Positions 1-8,829 of a stretch of 38,955 nucleotides of DNA are shown here, piece by piece. A model generated the notes under the pieces. It had not been told where the DNA came from and did no database searches. It saw nothing but the letters and a program-made list of their open reading frames with translations. The translations under genes and the position numbers were made by a program. Position 1 is the stretch's first letter. Every line of letters starts with the position of its first letter. Origin of the DNA: Candidatus Nomurabacteria bacterium RIFCSPLOWO2_12_FULL_44_11 (GTDB lineage: Bacteria > Patescibacteriota > Minisyncoccia > Phycocordibacterales > UBA9973); assembly GCA_001787125.1 (NCBI GenBank), contig MFVU01000032.1, positions 1 through 38,955 on the forward strand. The letters run 5' to 3'.

Positions 1-1411
1 CATGCAGTCCTGTCCAGGAATAGTTGCCGGAACCGGAGTCCCCGGTGTTTAGAAGATATATGTCTTCGATTTCGGTAGCGTTCAAACAATCCGTACAAGT
101 CACATCGTTCACTGTCAGAGTGTTGCCGGAGATGGCAAGACCTGAAAGGGTGGAGATGAATTCAAATTGAGTATCGGAATCGTCCCAGAAGACCAGTTGG
201 TTTGCACCGGGATCTGCTAGAGATGTTTGGGCCAGGTCATCGAGAGTAGCGGTGGCATCAAGGTATGCAGCAGCTGTGTTTTCCGCTTCGGTCCAGACAT
301 CGAAACACCCTTCTACTGCGCCGGAAGCATCTACACCAAGTGACGCATTTCCAGCCGCACAATTAGCACCATTGGCGGCTAGCGCGGTGGCAGTAGTGGC
401 CAGGTCAATAGTAATGTTGTTCGGCACTTGCGCATCGGTAACGGCGCCGGAAATGTCTTGTAAATCAAGGGCGGCTTCGAGAGTGGCCTCCGTGGTCGCA
501 TCAATAGCATCGAGCCCATTTATGGTTCCGACACCTGTCAGTGTAAGGGTCGGTGTCGAAGTTGTGCCTGATATAGTCACATCATTTGAAAATGTAACCA
601 GGCCGCTCCCAAAAGTCATCGTTGTATCTGTGCCGGACACATCAAAGGTCCAGATGTTTGCGGCATTCGTCCCGTCTGACCAGGTAGTATCGTCTATGGT
701 GGTAGAATCAAAACCACCCGGGCCAGTGCATGCACTGCCGGTTCCGGTTAACACTCCCAAATTATCTACTTCCACGCATTGTGCTCCTCCTCCAGAAAGT
801 GAAGAGGAAGTTATTTCTCCTCCGCTTATGTCACCAAGGATATCGATGTCACCCAATCCATCGAGAAGTAAAATATTGTCGGCCCCCGTGCCTGGAACAC
901 TTCCGAGTACAGATCCAGAGTTGATGGCGTATCCGGCAGAAACAATTTGCGGACGCGGATCAAGGGTTTCAAAACTTACCCCCACACAGGAAGCAGCAAC
1001 CTGAGCCGCAACTTCTACGTTCACATACACAGTATCGTTGTCCTGAAAATTATAATCGAGTGTATCGCCTCCCGCCCCTCCGATCTCAGCGTCAAAAACT
1101 CCATCACGAGTGAGAATCGTCATCGTGGTGGGAGTAATAGCTGGCCAAAGTTGAGTTCCCTCACCCTCATCGGGGTCATCCCAGATGGAAAACCGATAAC
1201 AAAAATCAGTACCATCCTCGTCTCCGAGTAAATTTCCGTCTACATCTAGCAATCGTCCTTGAAAATTAATTATTTCCGGAACACCGGTTTGCGAAAATGC
1301 GTTCGAAAGTGGAAAAAAAGCAAAAATAATGACAAAAAATCCGACACTAAAATATCTTAACCTTGTTAAGTTTTCGGTTGCAGTTTTGATGCCGAATTTA
1401 ATTGGTCTCAA
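1..1411 (-). CDS. large secreted/surface protein, N-terminal >=470 aa (3' end lies beyond window start)
   Basis: Absent from the ORF track because it has no stop inside the window. I translated the minus strand by hand from 1411 to 1 and the frame is uninterrupted (..FSQTGVPEIINFQGRLLDVDGNLLGDEDGTDFCYRFSIWDDPDEGEG..TLTGVGTINGLDAIDATTEATLEAALDLQDISG..). The N-terminus has a hydrophobic signal/anchor (YFSVGFFVIIFAFFPLSNA). The start is provisionally TTG at 1411, 7 nt after a TGaTATAAT box, and is uncertain. The + ORF 252..1004 is its antisense shadow. Confidence 0.6.
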   Translation of the reverse strand, partial: MRPIKFGIKTATENLTRLRYFSVGFFVIIFAFFPLSNAFSQTGVPEIINFQGRLLDVDGNLLGDEDGTDFCYRFSIWDDPDEGEGTQLWPAITPTTMTILTRDGVFDAEIGGAGGDTLDYNFQDNDTVYVNVEVAAQVAASCVGVSFETLDPRPQIVSAGYAINSGSVLGSVPGTGADNILLLDGLGDIDILGDISGGEITSSSLSGGGAQCVEVDNLGVLTGTGSACTGPGGFDSTTIDDTTWSDGTNAANIWTFDVSGTDTTMTFGSGLVTFSNDVTISGTTSTPTLTLTGVGTINGLDAIDATTEATLEAALDLQDISGAVTDAQVPNNITIDLATTATALAANGANCAAGNASLGVDASGAVEGCFDVWTEAENTAAAYLDATATLDDLAQTSLADPGANQLVFWDDSDTQFEFISTLSGLAISGNTLTVNDVTCTDCLNATEIEDIYLLNTGDSGSGNYSWTGLH

Positions 1412-1510
1412 TGGTGAAATTATATCATATTACCTAGGTAAAAACCCTATTTGGCAAGGTTTTGTGGATAACATAAATCCGGGATCTCGGCCAGCCATTT
1501 TAGGCCGTTC

Positions 1511-2272
1511 TTATTCCTCCAAAAGCTCAAAATCTTCACCTTCTTTTGCGATAACTTTTTTACTACGGATTAAATAGACAGTTCTAATTCCAATGCCCAA
1601 TAGAAAAATTAAGGTGGTTACAAGAATATAGAAAGATATTGAATTATCAGCATTATTTGAGGTGGTTACATTTACTGTAGGCAAAGTATCAATGCCGGAT
1701 GGCAACATTGCTTGCTTGGGTTGGATTGAAGCAGGTTTCGTGGTTTTTGGGGTTAAAAGAGAGGCAGAAGTATACGAAATCTGGTTTTCCGCCCCTGGAG
1801 TAGGTTTTGCCCCGACCCAGACATTATTTATTCTTTGGAGTGAATTCCCGTCTCCAGCCCCACTCGTGCTTCCTTTATAGGCATATTGGTCAATGATCTT
1901 GTCCCCGTCCTTGAGAGCAAGCACTTCGCCGGCGTTATTTAAGGAAAAAGTCGAATCAAAGATGGTTCCGAAAAAATTCGGCCAATCGGCCGCAAATTTC
2001 GAGGGATTGGAAACTATAATAGCGTAACCAGCTGGTTCTATCTTTGTGCTGCCTTCTACCAGCGTAAGCTTATGATTGGTATCACCCTCAAATAACTTAA
2101 GAATGGAAAGGTCCACCTCGCTGTCAGAATTATTAAATACCTCAATCCATTCCCTACCCTCATCGCTCCCCGTCTTGAGATCATACATTATCTCATTTAT
2201 TTCTAAGGAAGCCAGCGTAAAATAAATCGGAAAAAAGGAAATTACTATTAGCAGAATAATTTTCTTCGCCAT
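1511..2272 (-). CDS. lamin tail domain (LTD) protein with signal peptide and C-terminal membrane anchor
   Basis: N-terminal hydrophobic leader. LTD-like core LEINEIMYDLKTGSDEGREWIEVFNNSDSEVDL..LNNAGEVLAL. C-terminal TM segment FYILVTTLIFLLGIGI. Confidence 0.8.
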   Translation of the reverse strand: MAKKIILLIVISFFPIYFTLASLEINEIMYDLKTGSDEGREWIEVFNNSDSEVDLSILKLFEGDTNHKLTLVEGSTKIEPAGYAIIVSNPSKFAADWPNFFGTIFDSTFSLNNAGEVLALKDGDKIIDQYAYKGSTSGAGDGNSLQRINNVWVGAKPTPGAENQISYTSASLLTPKTTKPASIQPKQAMLPSGIDTLPTVNVTTSNNADNSISFYILVTTLIFLLGIGIRTVYLIRSKKVIAKEGEDFELLEE

Positions 2273-2286
2273 GCTATAATATTAAC

Positions 2287-2358
2287 ACGTGTCCCGTTAG
2301 AAATTCAACGAACGGGGATGAAAGATAAATATTATTATTATTTTAAATTTTTAATGGG
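2287..2358 (+). promoter_or_regulatory. structured 72-nt 5' leader, diverged member of the leader family (PfkB kinase gene)
   Basis: Starts 6 nt after TGcTATAAT (2272..2280) and ends at ..AATGGG|ATGG. Shares ACGTGTCCCGT, ACGGGG, GATAAAtATTATTA and TGGG-ATGG blocks, at the same or within 1 nt of the same positions, with the 72-nt elements at 13948..14019 and 27416..27487. Local hairpin CCCGTT/AACGGG (2293-2298/2311-2316); long-range helix 2293-2303/2348-2358. Confidence 0.6.
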
Positions 2359-3351
2359 ATGGAAAAAATAGATTTTTTGTCGATTGGGGATATCGTGGTA
2401 GACAATTTTATACGAATTAGCGATGCGCATATTCACTGCCGGATGGACACTGATGCTTGTGAGTTATGCCTACGCTTCGGTGATAAAATACCTTATGAAT
2501 CATCCACAGTGGTGCCCGCAGTTGGCAATTGTGGCAATGCATCTGTTTCAGCTGCCCGCCTAGGACTTCGTTCTGCTCTAATTTCACATTTGGGTGAAGA
2601 CGATAATGGCGCAGCGTGTCTGATAGCACTCGAGAGAGACAAAGTGATTACAAAATACATCGAGAAAGAAAAGGGCAAGCCCACCAACTACCACTACGTG
2701 CTTTGGTACGATATTGACCGAACTATTTTAGTTAAACACACCGCCTTCACTTATAAATTCCCGGAGCTTCCAAAAGTTTCTTGGATGTATCTAACCTCGC
2801 TTGCCGATCACTCCCTACCCTACCACGAAAAAATAGCTAATTTTTTGAAGAAAAATCCAGAAACAAAATTGGCCTTCCAGCCGGGAACTTTCCAGATAAA
2901 ATTAGGGAAGGAAAAATTAAAAGATATTTATGCCCGCACCGAAATATTTTTTTGCAATTTGGAGGAGGCAGAAAAAATTCTCGGCATCCAAGACAAAGAC
3001 GTTTTGACCCTAGCCAGGGGTATCGCCGCTCTGGGACCTAAAATGGTAGCGATCAGTGATGGTCCCAAGGGGGCTTATTTTTACTATAATAATGAGCTTT
3101 GGCAGATCCCGATTTACCCAGATATTGCTCCTCCTCTGGAACGTACCGGGGCTGGCGATGCCTTTTCTTCCACCTTCACTGCCGCCCTGGCGCTGGGCAA
3201 GTCCCCTCTCGAGGCCTTCGCCTGGGGACCAATAAATTCAATGTCCGTCTGCCAAGAAATCGGCGCGCAGAAAGGTCTCCTCCCTCGATCTAAACTGGAA
3301 GAATACTTGACCAAAGCCCCTGCGGATTATAAGGCTAAAAAAATAAATTAA
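2359..3351 (+). CDS. PfkB-family carbohydrate kinase (ribokinase-like)
   Basis: 330 aa. C-terminal PfkB signature TGAGDAFSSTFTAAL. N-terminal glycine-rich sugar-binding region VPAVGNCGNASV. Confidence 0.85.
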   Translation: MEKIDFLSIGDIVVDNFIRISDAHIHCRMDTDACELCLRFGDKIPYESSTVVPAVGNCGNASVSAARLGLRSALISHLGEDDNGAACLIALERDKVITKYIEKEKGKPTNYHYVLWYDIDRTILVKHTAFTYKFPELPKVSWMYLTSLADHSLPYHEKIANFLKKNPETKLAFQPGTFQIKLGKEKLKDIYARTEIFFCNLEEAEKILGIQDKDVLTLARGIAALGPKMVAISDGPKGAYFYYNNELWQIPIYPDIAPPLERTGAGDAFSSTFTAALALGKSPLEAFAWGPINSMSVCQEIGAQKGLLPRSKLEEYLTKAPADYKAKKIN

Positions 3352-3380
3352 TTTACCAGTTTACAACCGATTACGCTATA

Positions 3381-3398
3381 ATAGCGATATATCGCTAT
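3381..3398. promoter_or_regulatory. 18-bp perfect palindrome ATAGCGATATATCGCTAT overlapping the -10/+1/ATG of the TrpR-like gene (candidate operator)
   Basis: Self-complementary 18-mer. It overlaps TATAAT (3376..3381) and the start codon (3397). An identical copy lies at 3825..3842. Confidence 0.5.
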
Positions 3399-3798
3399 GC
3401 CACATGTATCTAAAAAAATATTAAATACCAAACAGGAAATAATAATTAAGGCTCGGCTTGTAGATATGCTACGGGCTGTGGGGAAAGACCACCGATCGGG
3501 CTATTCCCTGCGTGAATTACTTACTTATACCGAAATGATTATGCTTGCCAAACGCTTAGGAATAATTTACCTAGTAAGTAAAGAAACACCCACTCTTGAT
3601 ATTTGTAAAATTCTTCAAGTAAGTTCCTCGACTGTGATCAGAATTGAGAAAAGATTCGATCGAGGTGGATACCAAAATCTTTGTAAAGTTTTTAAAAAAC
3701 TGGAACCGTCTATTGTCGATGTGTTGGAAACTATTTTAGGAGCAGGACTGCCTTCGAAATACGGCAAGGGCCGTTGGAAATTCCTTAATGATTACTAA
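3397..3798 (+). CDS. TrpR/YerC-YecD-like helix-turn-helix regulator
   Basis: 133 aa. LLTYTEMIMLAKRLGIIYLVSKETPTLDICKILQVSSSTVIRIEKRF resembles the Trp-repressor-related YerC/YecD family HTH. Confidence 0.6.
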   Translation: MPHVSKKILNTKQEIIIKARLVDMLRAVGKDHRSGYSLRELLTYTEMIMLAKRLGIIYLVSKETPTLDICKILQVSSSTVIRIEKRFDRGGYQNLCKVFKKLEPSIVDVLETILGAGLPSKYGKGRWKFLNDY

Positions 3799-3824
3799 AA
3801 ATTATAGAACTGGTTGTTTTAATT

Positions 3825-3842
3825 ATAGCGATATATCGCTAT
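3825..3842. terminator. second copy of the 18-bp palindrome, followed by TTTTA on the + strand (terminator and/or second operator)
   Basis: Identical ATAGCGATATATCGCTAT in the convergent gap between the regulator gene and the transketolase C subunit. Confidence 0.4.
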
Positions 3843-3874
3843 TTTACAGATAATATTTTTGCTTTTTTATATTT

Positions 3875-4903
3875 CTATTTCCTTCCTAGAATTTTCTTTA
3901 CCGCTTCTTTGATGCCGTTTTTGCCCATGCCGTAGTGTTCTATTAGCTCTGATGGCGCGCCGGACTGGCCATAGCGGTCTTGGACGCCAATAAATTCTAT
4001 TGGCACCGGAAAATTCCCAGCCAGAACTTCCGCCACCGCGGAACCCATTCCCCCCATAACCTGATGCTCTTCCACCGTCACAATTTTTTTAGTTTCTTTG
4101 GCAAGCGCAATAACAGCATTTTTATCCATCGGTTTTATTGTGGAGAGGTTTAATACTTTTGTTTTTATGCCTTCGGCTTCGAGCTCTTTCGCGGCTAGGA
4201 GCGCATTATAGACAAGTCCGCCCGTTGCAATTATGCCTACTTCCGCAATTCCGACTTCTGGCAACCAGAATATTTCTTCTTTACCAAAAGTAAAAGGAGT
4301 TTCTTCGGTAGTGATAATCGGAGTTTTCTCACGGGCGAGACGCAGATACGCCGGCCCTTTTGAATTTACCAAGGCAAGGGTTGCCTTCTTGGCTTCAAGC
4401 GCATCGCAAGGCGAAACGACGTCCATGTTCGGAAGCACTCGCATGAGCGCGATGTCTTCGAGCGCCTGATGCGTTCCACCGTCTGGCCCCACTGAAATGC
4501 CCGCATGCGACCCGGCAATCACCACTTTCCGGTCGTTGTAAGTAATGGTTGTTCTTATCTGTTCCCAATTGCGTCCCGGCGAAAACATCGCATACGAAGA
4601 ACAAAAAGGGATTTTTCCCATGGTGCTTAAACCGGACGCAGTAGTAACCAAGCTTTGCTCCGCTACCCCCACTTGTATGAATCGAGCTGGAAATTTGTCG
4701 GCAAATAAATGCATCTGAGTGGATTCGGTCAGGTCGGCCGAAAGCCCGACCACATTTTTATTCTCTTCCCCTGCTTGGAGCAGCCCTTTGCCAAAGCCCT
4801 TTCGTATCGGCACTTGTTCTACATCAGGATTGAATAACTTGGGATTTAATTTTAGTTTTGGATTTAACATACTAGATTGGTCTATGTGCTTTAAGTTCGG
4901 CAA
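3875..4903 (-). CDS. transketolase, C-terminal (pyrimidine-binding) subunit
   Basis: 342 aa. FIQVGVAEQSLVTTASGL.. and GSHAGISVGPDGGTHQALEDIALMR are typical of the Pyr/C-terminal half of split transketolases. Confidence 0.9.
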   Translation of the reverse strand: MPNLKHIDQSSMLNPKLKLNPKLFNPDVEQVPIRKGFGKGLLQAGEENKNVVGLSADLTESTQMHLFADKFPARFIQVGVAEQSLVTTASGLSTMGKIPFCSSYAMFSPGRNWEQIRTTITYNDRKVVIAGSHAGISVGPDGGTHQALEDIALMRVLPNMDVVSPCDALEAKKATLALVNSKGPAYLRLAREKTPIITTEETPFTFGKEEIFWLPEVGIAEVGIIATGGLVYNALLAAKELEAEGIKTKVLNLSTIKPMDKNAVIALAKETKKIVTVEEHQVMGGMGSAVAEVLAGNFPVPIEFIGVQDRYGQSGAPSELIEHYGMGKNGIKEAVKKILGRK

Positions 4904-5735
4904 GCGCCTTCTCGGCTTCTTCTTTCGAGGGCGGTTTCCCGTGCCATTTATAATCGCGTTCCATAAAGCTCACGCCTTTGCCGGGTATAGTGTGGGCAAT
5001 AATCACTGTCGGCTTTTCAAAAACCCCTTTGGCTTCGTTGACCGCTTCATTGAGTGCCTGAAAATCGTGCCCGGAAACTTCAATCACATGCCAGTTGAAG
5101 GCGCGCCATTTGTCCGCCAATGGTTCGAGCGGCATGATATTTTCAGTAAAGCCCTCAATTTGAATATTATTTCGGTCAATAATAGCGATCAGGTTTCGCA
5201 ATCTATATTTCCCCGCGAGCATTATTCCCTCCCAGGAATTTCCTTCATCCAGTTCGCCATCAGACATAAAACAATAAATATATTTATCGGTGCTCATGCC
5301 GTGATCAATCTTCTCCGCAAGCGCCATGCCCACTGATTGGGAGAGCCCGGAACCGAGCGGTCCGGAAGATGTTTCGAGCCAGGGCATATATTCACGGTGC
5401 GGATGCCCTTGCAAGCGAGAACCAAAGTGTCGTAAAGTTTTAAGTTCTTCTACGGGAAAATATCCTGCGTGCGCCATGGTCGCATAATACACTGGGCAGA
5501 TGTGGCCGTTCGAGAGCACTACCCGGTCTCGATCGGGCCAATCTGGATTTTTCGGATCATGCTTCAATACATGGAAGAACCAAAAGGTGAAAATATCCGC
5601 CATGCCGAGGGGTCCCCCGGTATGGCCGGAAGCAGAATATTTGTCTGTTTTAGTAGCTACTAATGATTCAATTATCGAACACCTGATGTCGTTAGCTTTC
5701 TGTTCCAGTTCCTTGATTTTGTGCTCGGTCAACAT
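4872..5735 (-). CDS. transketolase, N-terminal (TPP-binding) subunit
   Basis: SGHTGGPLGMADI, LSNGHICPVYYA and FMSDGELDEGNSWEG (GDG-type TPP motif). I trimmed the start to MLTEHKIKELEQKAN (the track ORF starts at 5768). Overlaps the C subunit by 32 nt. Confidence 0.9.
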   Translation of the reverse strand: MLTEHKIKELEQKANDIRCSIIESLVATKTDKYSASGHTGGPLGMADIFTFWFFHVLKHDPKNPDWPDRDRVVLSNGHICPVYYATMAHAGYFPVEELKTLRHFGSRLQGHPHREYMPWLETSSGPLGSGLSQSVGMALAEKIDHGMSTDKYIYCFMSDGELDEGNSWEGIMLAGKYRLRNLIAIIDRNNIQIEGFTENIMPLEPLADKWRAFNWHVIEVSGHDFQALNEAVNEAKGVFEKPTVIIAHTIPGKGVSFMERDYKWHGKPPSKEEAEKALAELKAHRPI

Positions 5736-5802
5736 GTTAAACCCATTATACCTTATCGATATTTCCAAAACAATTATAAACTTGTGGTATAATACTTTTG
5801 CG

Positions 5803-6153
5803 ATGATAACAGGGCCGAATCAAGGACTACCGACCACAGCTCCAGTAGAAAAAGAGCCGAAAGTGCTTACTTTTGAGGAATTTAGTGCCCGAGATAAAGC
5901 TAATTTTAATGCCGTCCGATACGGCAATTTCTACAGACATTTCGACGGAAGTGCTGAACATAAAGCTAGATGGTATTATGGAAAATTTGAAGACGAAAAT
6001 AGGGAGTTAGTAATGAGGTTACTAAATAAAATACGCGACATGGATGAATCGAGGGGCATTTCTACTGCCTTAAGGCCTTGTGACCGACTCCTTTATGAGG
6101 CCTATGTAATAATGCGTGGTTATAGAGTTCCCGACGAAGAGCTTTTTGCTTAA
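5803..6153 (+). CDS. hypothetical protein (116 aa)
   Basis: ATG at 5803 lies 9 nt after TGgTATAAT (5785..5793). The upstream part of track ORF 5500..6153 is antisense to transketolase and is rejected. Confidence 0.5.
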   Translation: MITGPNQGLPTTAPVEKEPKVLTFEEFSARDKANFNAVRYGNFYRHFDGSAEHKARWYYGKFEDENRELVMRLLNKIRDMDESRGISTALRPCDRLLYEAYVIMRGYRVPDEELFA

Positions 6154-6156
6154 TTT

Positions 6157-6756
6157 TTATTGTTCTAATTTTTCGATAGCTTTTTCGATATCATGTACAG
6201 CTTTCCTGTAATCTCTAAGTTTGGCATTCATATTTATTCTGTTTATTTGCTGTAAAATAGGTCCTTTGGATGGAAAAGGAATGTTCGCTCCTGCAGCCCT
6301 ATTTCTTAGTGTTTCAACTTCATTCGCACGTCGTATTGGTTCTTCACGAGCAAATTTTGCACCAGCTTCTTGTTGCTCTGCCTTGCTCCTCTCGGCTTCC
6401 TGTTTTTCTCTAAAAGTTTTTATAGCGGCTTTCACTGCCTTATCGGAATCGGGAAGTCTACCAGCGTCCAATTCGCCTGCAATGTATTTCACAAATTCTA
6501 ATCCTCCTATTTTATTGGCTTCTTCAAAACGTTGGATTGCTCGTTCCCATTCCTCCGCCAGTTCCCTTAAACCCACCTCGTCAAGAGATAGGCGTAGTGC
6601 GTCTATTGTTTTTATTATCGTGTAACTAGGCACAAAATAAAGTTTGCGAAATCTTTCGTCAACATTCCTTAATCTTCTATCCAGACGCCTTTGCGACTCT
6701 GTGGCCCCCCATTTTACTTCAGATTTACGATCAGGTGGTTGGTTAAATTGGTTCAT
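6157..6756 (-). CDS. hypothetical charged/coiled-coil protein
   Basis: 199-aa ORF, Glu/Lys/Arg-rich and helical-looking. No family recognised. Confidence 0.55.
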   Translation of the reverse strand: MNQFNQPPDRKSEVKWGATESQRRLDRRLRNVDERFRKLYFVPSYTIIKTIDALRLSLDEVGLRELAEEWERAIQRFEEANKIGGLEFVKYIAGELDAGRLPDSDKAVKAAIKTFREKQEAERSKAEQQEAGAKFAREEPIRRANEVETLRNRAAGANIPFPSKGPILQQINRINMNAKLRDYRKAVHDIEKAIEKLEQ

Positions 6757-6768
6757 AAAATGACTATA

Positions 6769-7494
6769 TTACAATTCTCTAAATCTTTCTATCGTCTCTA
6801 TTATATCATCTGTATTAAAAATTGCCGAACCGGCGGCAAGTTTGGTGGCTCCGGAGGCCACCAAGAGCGGTGCAGTAGTTTCGTTTACTCCAATGTCCAC
6901 CCCGATGGGCAAGTTCGGGTATTTTTCACGGATTGTTTTTATTTTTCCATACACTTTGTCATCGAGCGTTATGCCTTGGTAGCCAATTTTATCATTGCCC
7001 ATGCACTGCACGAAATCGATAAATGGAATTAAAGGAAATAACTTCTCAAGCGGAGTTCCGGGTTTGAGCGCCACCCCTATTTCAATGGCGTCTCGAATAT
7101 ACATATCGATACCCTCTAGGAAATTTTTAAAATTCTCCAAGTCCCCCACTGCTTCCAGGTGGAAAATTATTCTGCGAGGGCCCAGTTTGGTATAAATATC
7201 GAAATTTTCCACTGCCCCCACAACCATCAAATCCAGTTCAAAATCAATATCCTCCCAAAACGGCATTCCTTCCTGCTCGCGCAAAATTTTTTTAAAGTGC
7301 TCGTCAAAATCATTTTCCAAAAATTCGCCTTCAACTTGGGAAGGTTTCGATAAAAAAGGCCAAGTCAAAGAAGGCACAAAAATTCCGTCGCAAAGATCTA
7401 CCTGCACCACTGGTGCGATACCTCGCACCAGAGCAACTTTGTTTTTCAAATCCTCATAATTTTTCGGCAAAATCGCCGGAAGTATTTCGGCCAT
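6769..7494 (-). CDS. ribulose-phosphate 3-epimerase-like TIM-barrel protein
   Basis: N-terminus ILPAILPKNYEDL..VVQVDLCDGIFVP and later HLEA../GVDIGVN resemble Rpe-family barrels. It sits between the transketolase and rpiB genes. Confidence 0.6.
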   Translation of the reverse strand: MAEILPAILPKNYEDLKNKVALVRGIAPVVQVDLCDGIFVPSLTWPFLSKPSQVEGEFLENDFDEHFKKILREQEGMPFWEDIDFELDLMVVGAVENFDIYTKLGPRRIIFHLEAVGDLENFKNFLEGIDMYIRDAIEIGVALKPGTPLEKLFPLIPFIDFVQCMGNDKIGYQGITLDDKVYGKIKTIREKYPNLPIGVDIGVNETTAPLLVASGATKLAAGSAIFNTDDIIETIERFREL

Positions 7495-7495
7495 A

Positions 7496-8299
7496 TTATT
7501 GCATGTCTAATTTCTCTTTTTGTCTTTTAACTTCTTCGACCAACGCATCGTGAAAAACCCCATTAGAAGCGATAAATGAACCTTCATCGGAGAGGGTCCA
7601 GTCGCGGCCATTAATTCCGGTGACTTTCCCGCCGGCCTCCAGAACCAAGAGTATTCCAGCTGCCGCGTCATAAGTTTTAAAACCCAATTTTATATCAGCT
7701 TCCGTACTGCCTCTGGCCACGAACGCCAAGTCGAGCGCAGTGCAACCAAAATCTCGAACAGAAGAAACGACGCGTTCAGGTAAATCGCGCAATAAATTTC
7801 TCCGTATTTTTAAATCTGGTGGCTTGCGACCGGAAGAAACCGTGACAATGCATTTGTCATGACCGCTTTTTGAAACGTGAATCAACTTGTCATTTAAATA
7901 AGCTCCCTTCCCAGTTTCAGCATAAAAGAGTGCACGGGTAGCCGGGTTGTAAACTACCCCGACTAGAATTTTTTCATCACAGATAAGTGAGATCGAGATA
8001 GCAAAAAAAGGGATCTGGTGCGCAAAGTTCCGGCTGCCGTCCACCGGATCGACATACCAGGTATAGGAACCCTCTTTTATTATTGGGTCGGTTTCCTCGC
8101 CAATGATTGAATGATCAGGGAACTTTTCAGATATTATTCTTTTGATTAGCTCCTCGGACTCCGTGTCGGCCAGCGTGACCATGCTTTTATCTTCCTTCAC
8201 TCCCCGTTTTATCTCAGTTTCTTGATGCCACTCCAGAATTTTTCCAGCTTCCAAGGCCGCCCGTATCGCCACCTTAAGCTCCGTAGATTTATCCTGCAT
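7496..8299 (-). CDS. inositol monophosphatase/FBPase-family phosphatase
   Basis: IIGEE..WYVDPVDGSRNF (DPxDG[ST] motif) and the C-terminal ..AAAGILLVLEAGG motif. Confidence 0.8.
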   Translation of the reverse strand: MQDKSTELKVAIRAALEAGKILEWHQETEIKRGVKEDKSMVTLADTESEELIKRIISEKFPDHSIIGEETDPIIKEGSYTWYVDPVDGSRNFAHQIPFFAISISLICDEKILVGVVYNPATRALFYAETGKGAYLNDKLIHVSKSGHDKCIVTVSSGRKPPDLKIRRNLLRDLPERVVSSVRDFGCTALDLAFVARGSTEADIKLGFKTYDAAAGILLVLEAGGKVTGINGRDWTLSDEGSFIASNGVFHDALVEEVKRQKEKLDMQ

Positions 8300-8305
8300 A
8301 AATGT

Positions 8306-8785
8306 TTATTTATAGATGTCGAGCTTATCAATTTTTCCGAGCCGGCGGATGTGCCGCTCGCCATTACTGTAAGGGGTGCTAAGCCACTTGCTCACTGCGG
8401 TTATAGCCATATCTTCCGTAAGATATCGCGCCGCTAAGGATAAAATATTTGCGTTGTTGTGTTCTCTTGACCGCACAATTATATCCGCTTCGTCATCCAC
8501 CACCGTCGGCGCTTCGCCATAGTAAACCACCGCCCGCACGTGAGAAAATTTATTTGCAGCTAGCGCTTCCCCTTGTCCCGTTGCCCCGAGGATTATGCCC
8601 CGGGAATTATCAGGGTCCTTGGAAATTTCCCGAGCTACAGGAATCACAAAATCCGGATAATCATCTGTCTCGTTGTATCCAAAGGCACCTTTATCTACCA
8701 CTTCATGCCCATGGCCCCGAAGAAACGTCACTAGTTTCTCTTTAAGCACATAGCCCGCATGATCTGTGCCGACAAAAATCTTCAT
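8306..8785 (-). CDS. rpiB: ribose-5-phosphate isomerase B (RpiB/LacAB family)
   Basis: MKIFVGTDHAGYVLKEKLVTFL..GHEVVDKG..GIILGATGQGEALAANK is a typical RpiB sequence. Confidence 0.9.
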   Translation of the reverse strand: MKIFVGTDHAGYVLKEKLVTFLRGHGHEVVDKGAFGYNETDDYPDFVIPVAREISKDPDNSRGIILGATGQGEALAANKFSHVRAVVYYGEAPTVVDDEADIIVRSREHNNANILSLAARYLTEDMAITAVSKWLSTPYSNGERHIRRLGKIDKLDIYK

Positions 8786-8829
8786 ATAGGGATTATATCA
8801 ATAAGTAAAAGTAAAGTAAAAGTCCGCCA

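Noticed and set aside
252-1004. 250-aa + strand ORF (plus 730..924 and 947..1231) that could be read as low-complexity genes
   Set aside because: They are antisense shadows of the uninterrupted minus-strand frame 1..1411, which encodes a coherent signal-peptide-bearing surface protein. Their translations are Ala/Ser/Pro/Val-rich with no motifs.
3381-3842. The 18-bp palindromes as insertion-sequence ends
   Set aside because: The enclosed gene is an HTH regulator, not a transposase. The repeats are self-complementary operators or hairpins rather than distinct left and right ends, and no target duplication is visible.
4719-5800. + strand ORFs 4719..5336 and the 5' part of 5500..6153
   Set aside because: They are antisense to the transketolase subunits. 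Only the 3' part from the ATG at 5803 lies in intergenic DNA behind a promoter-like box.
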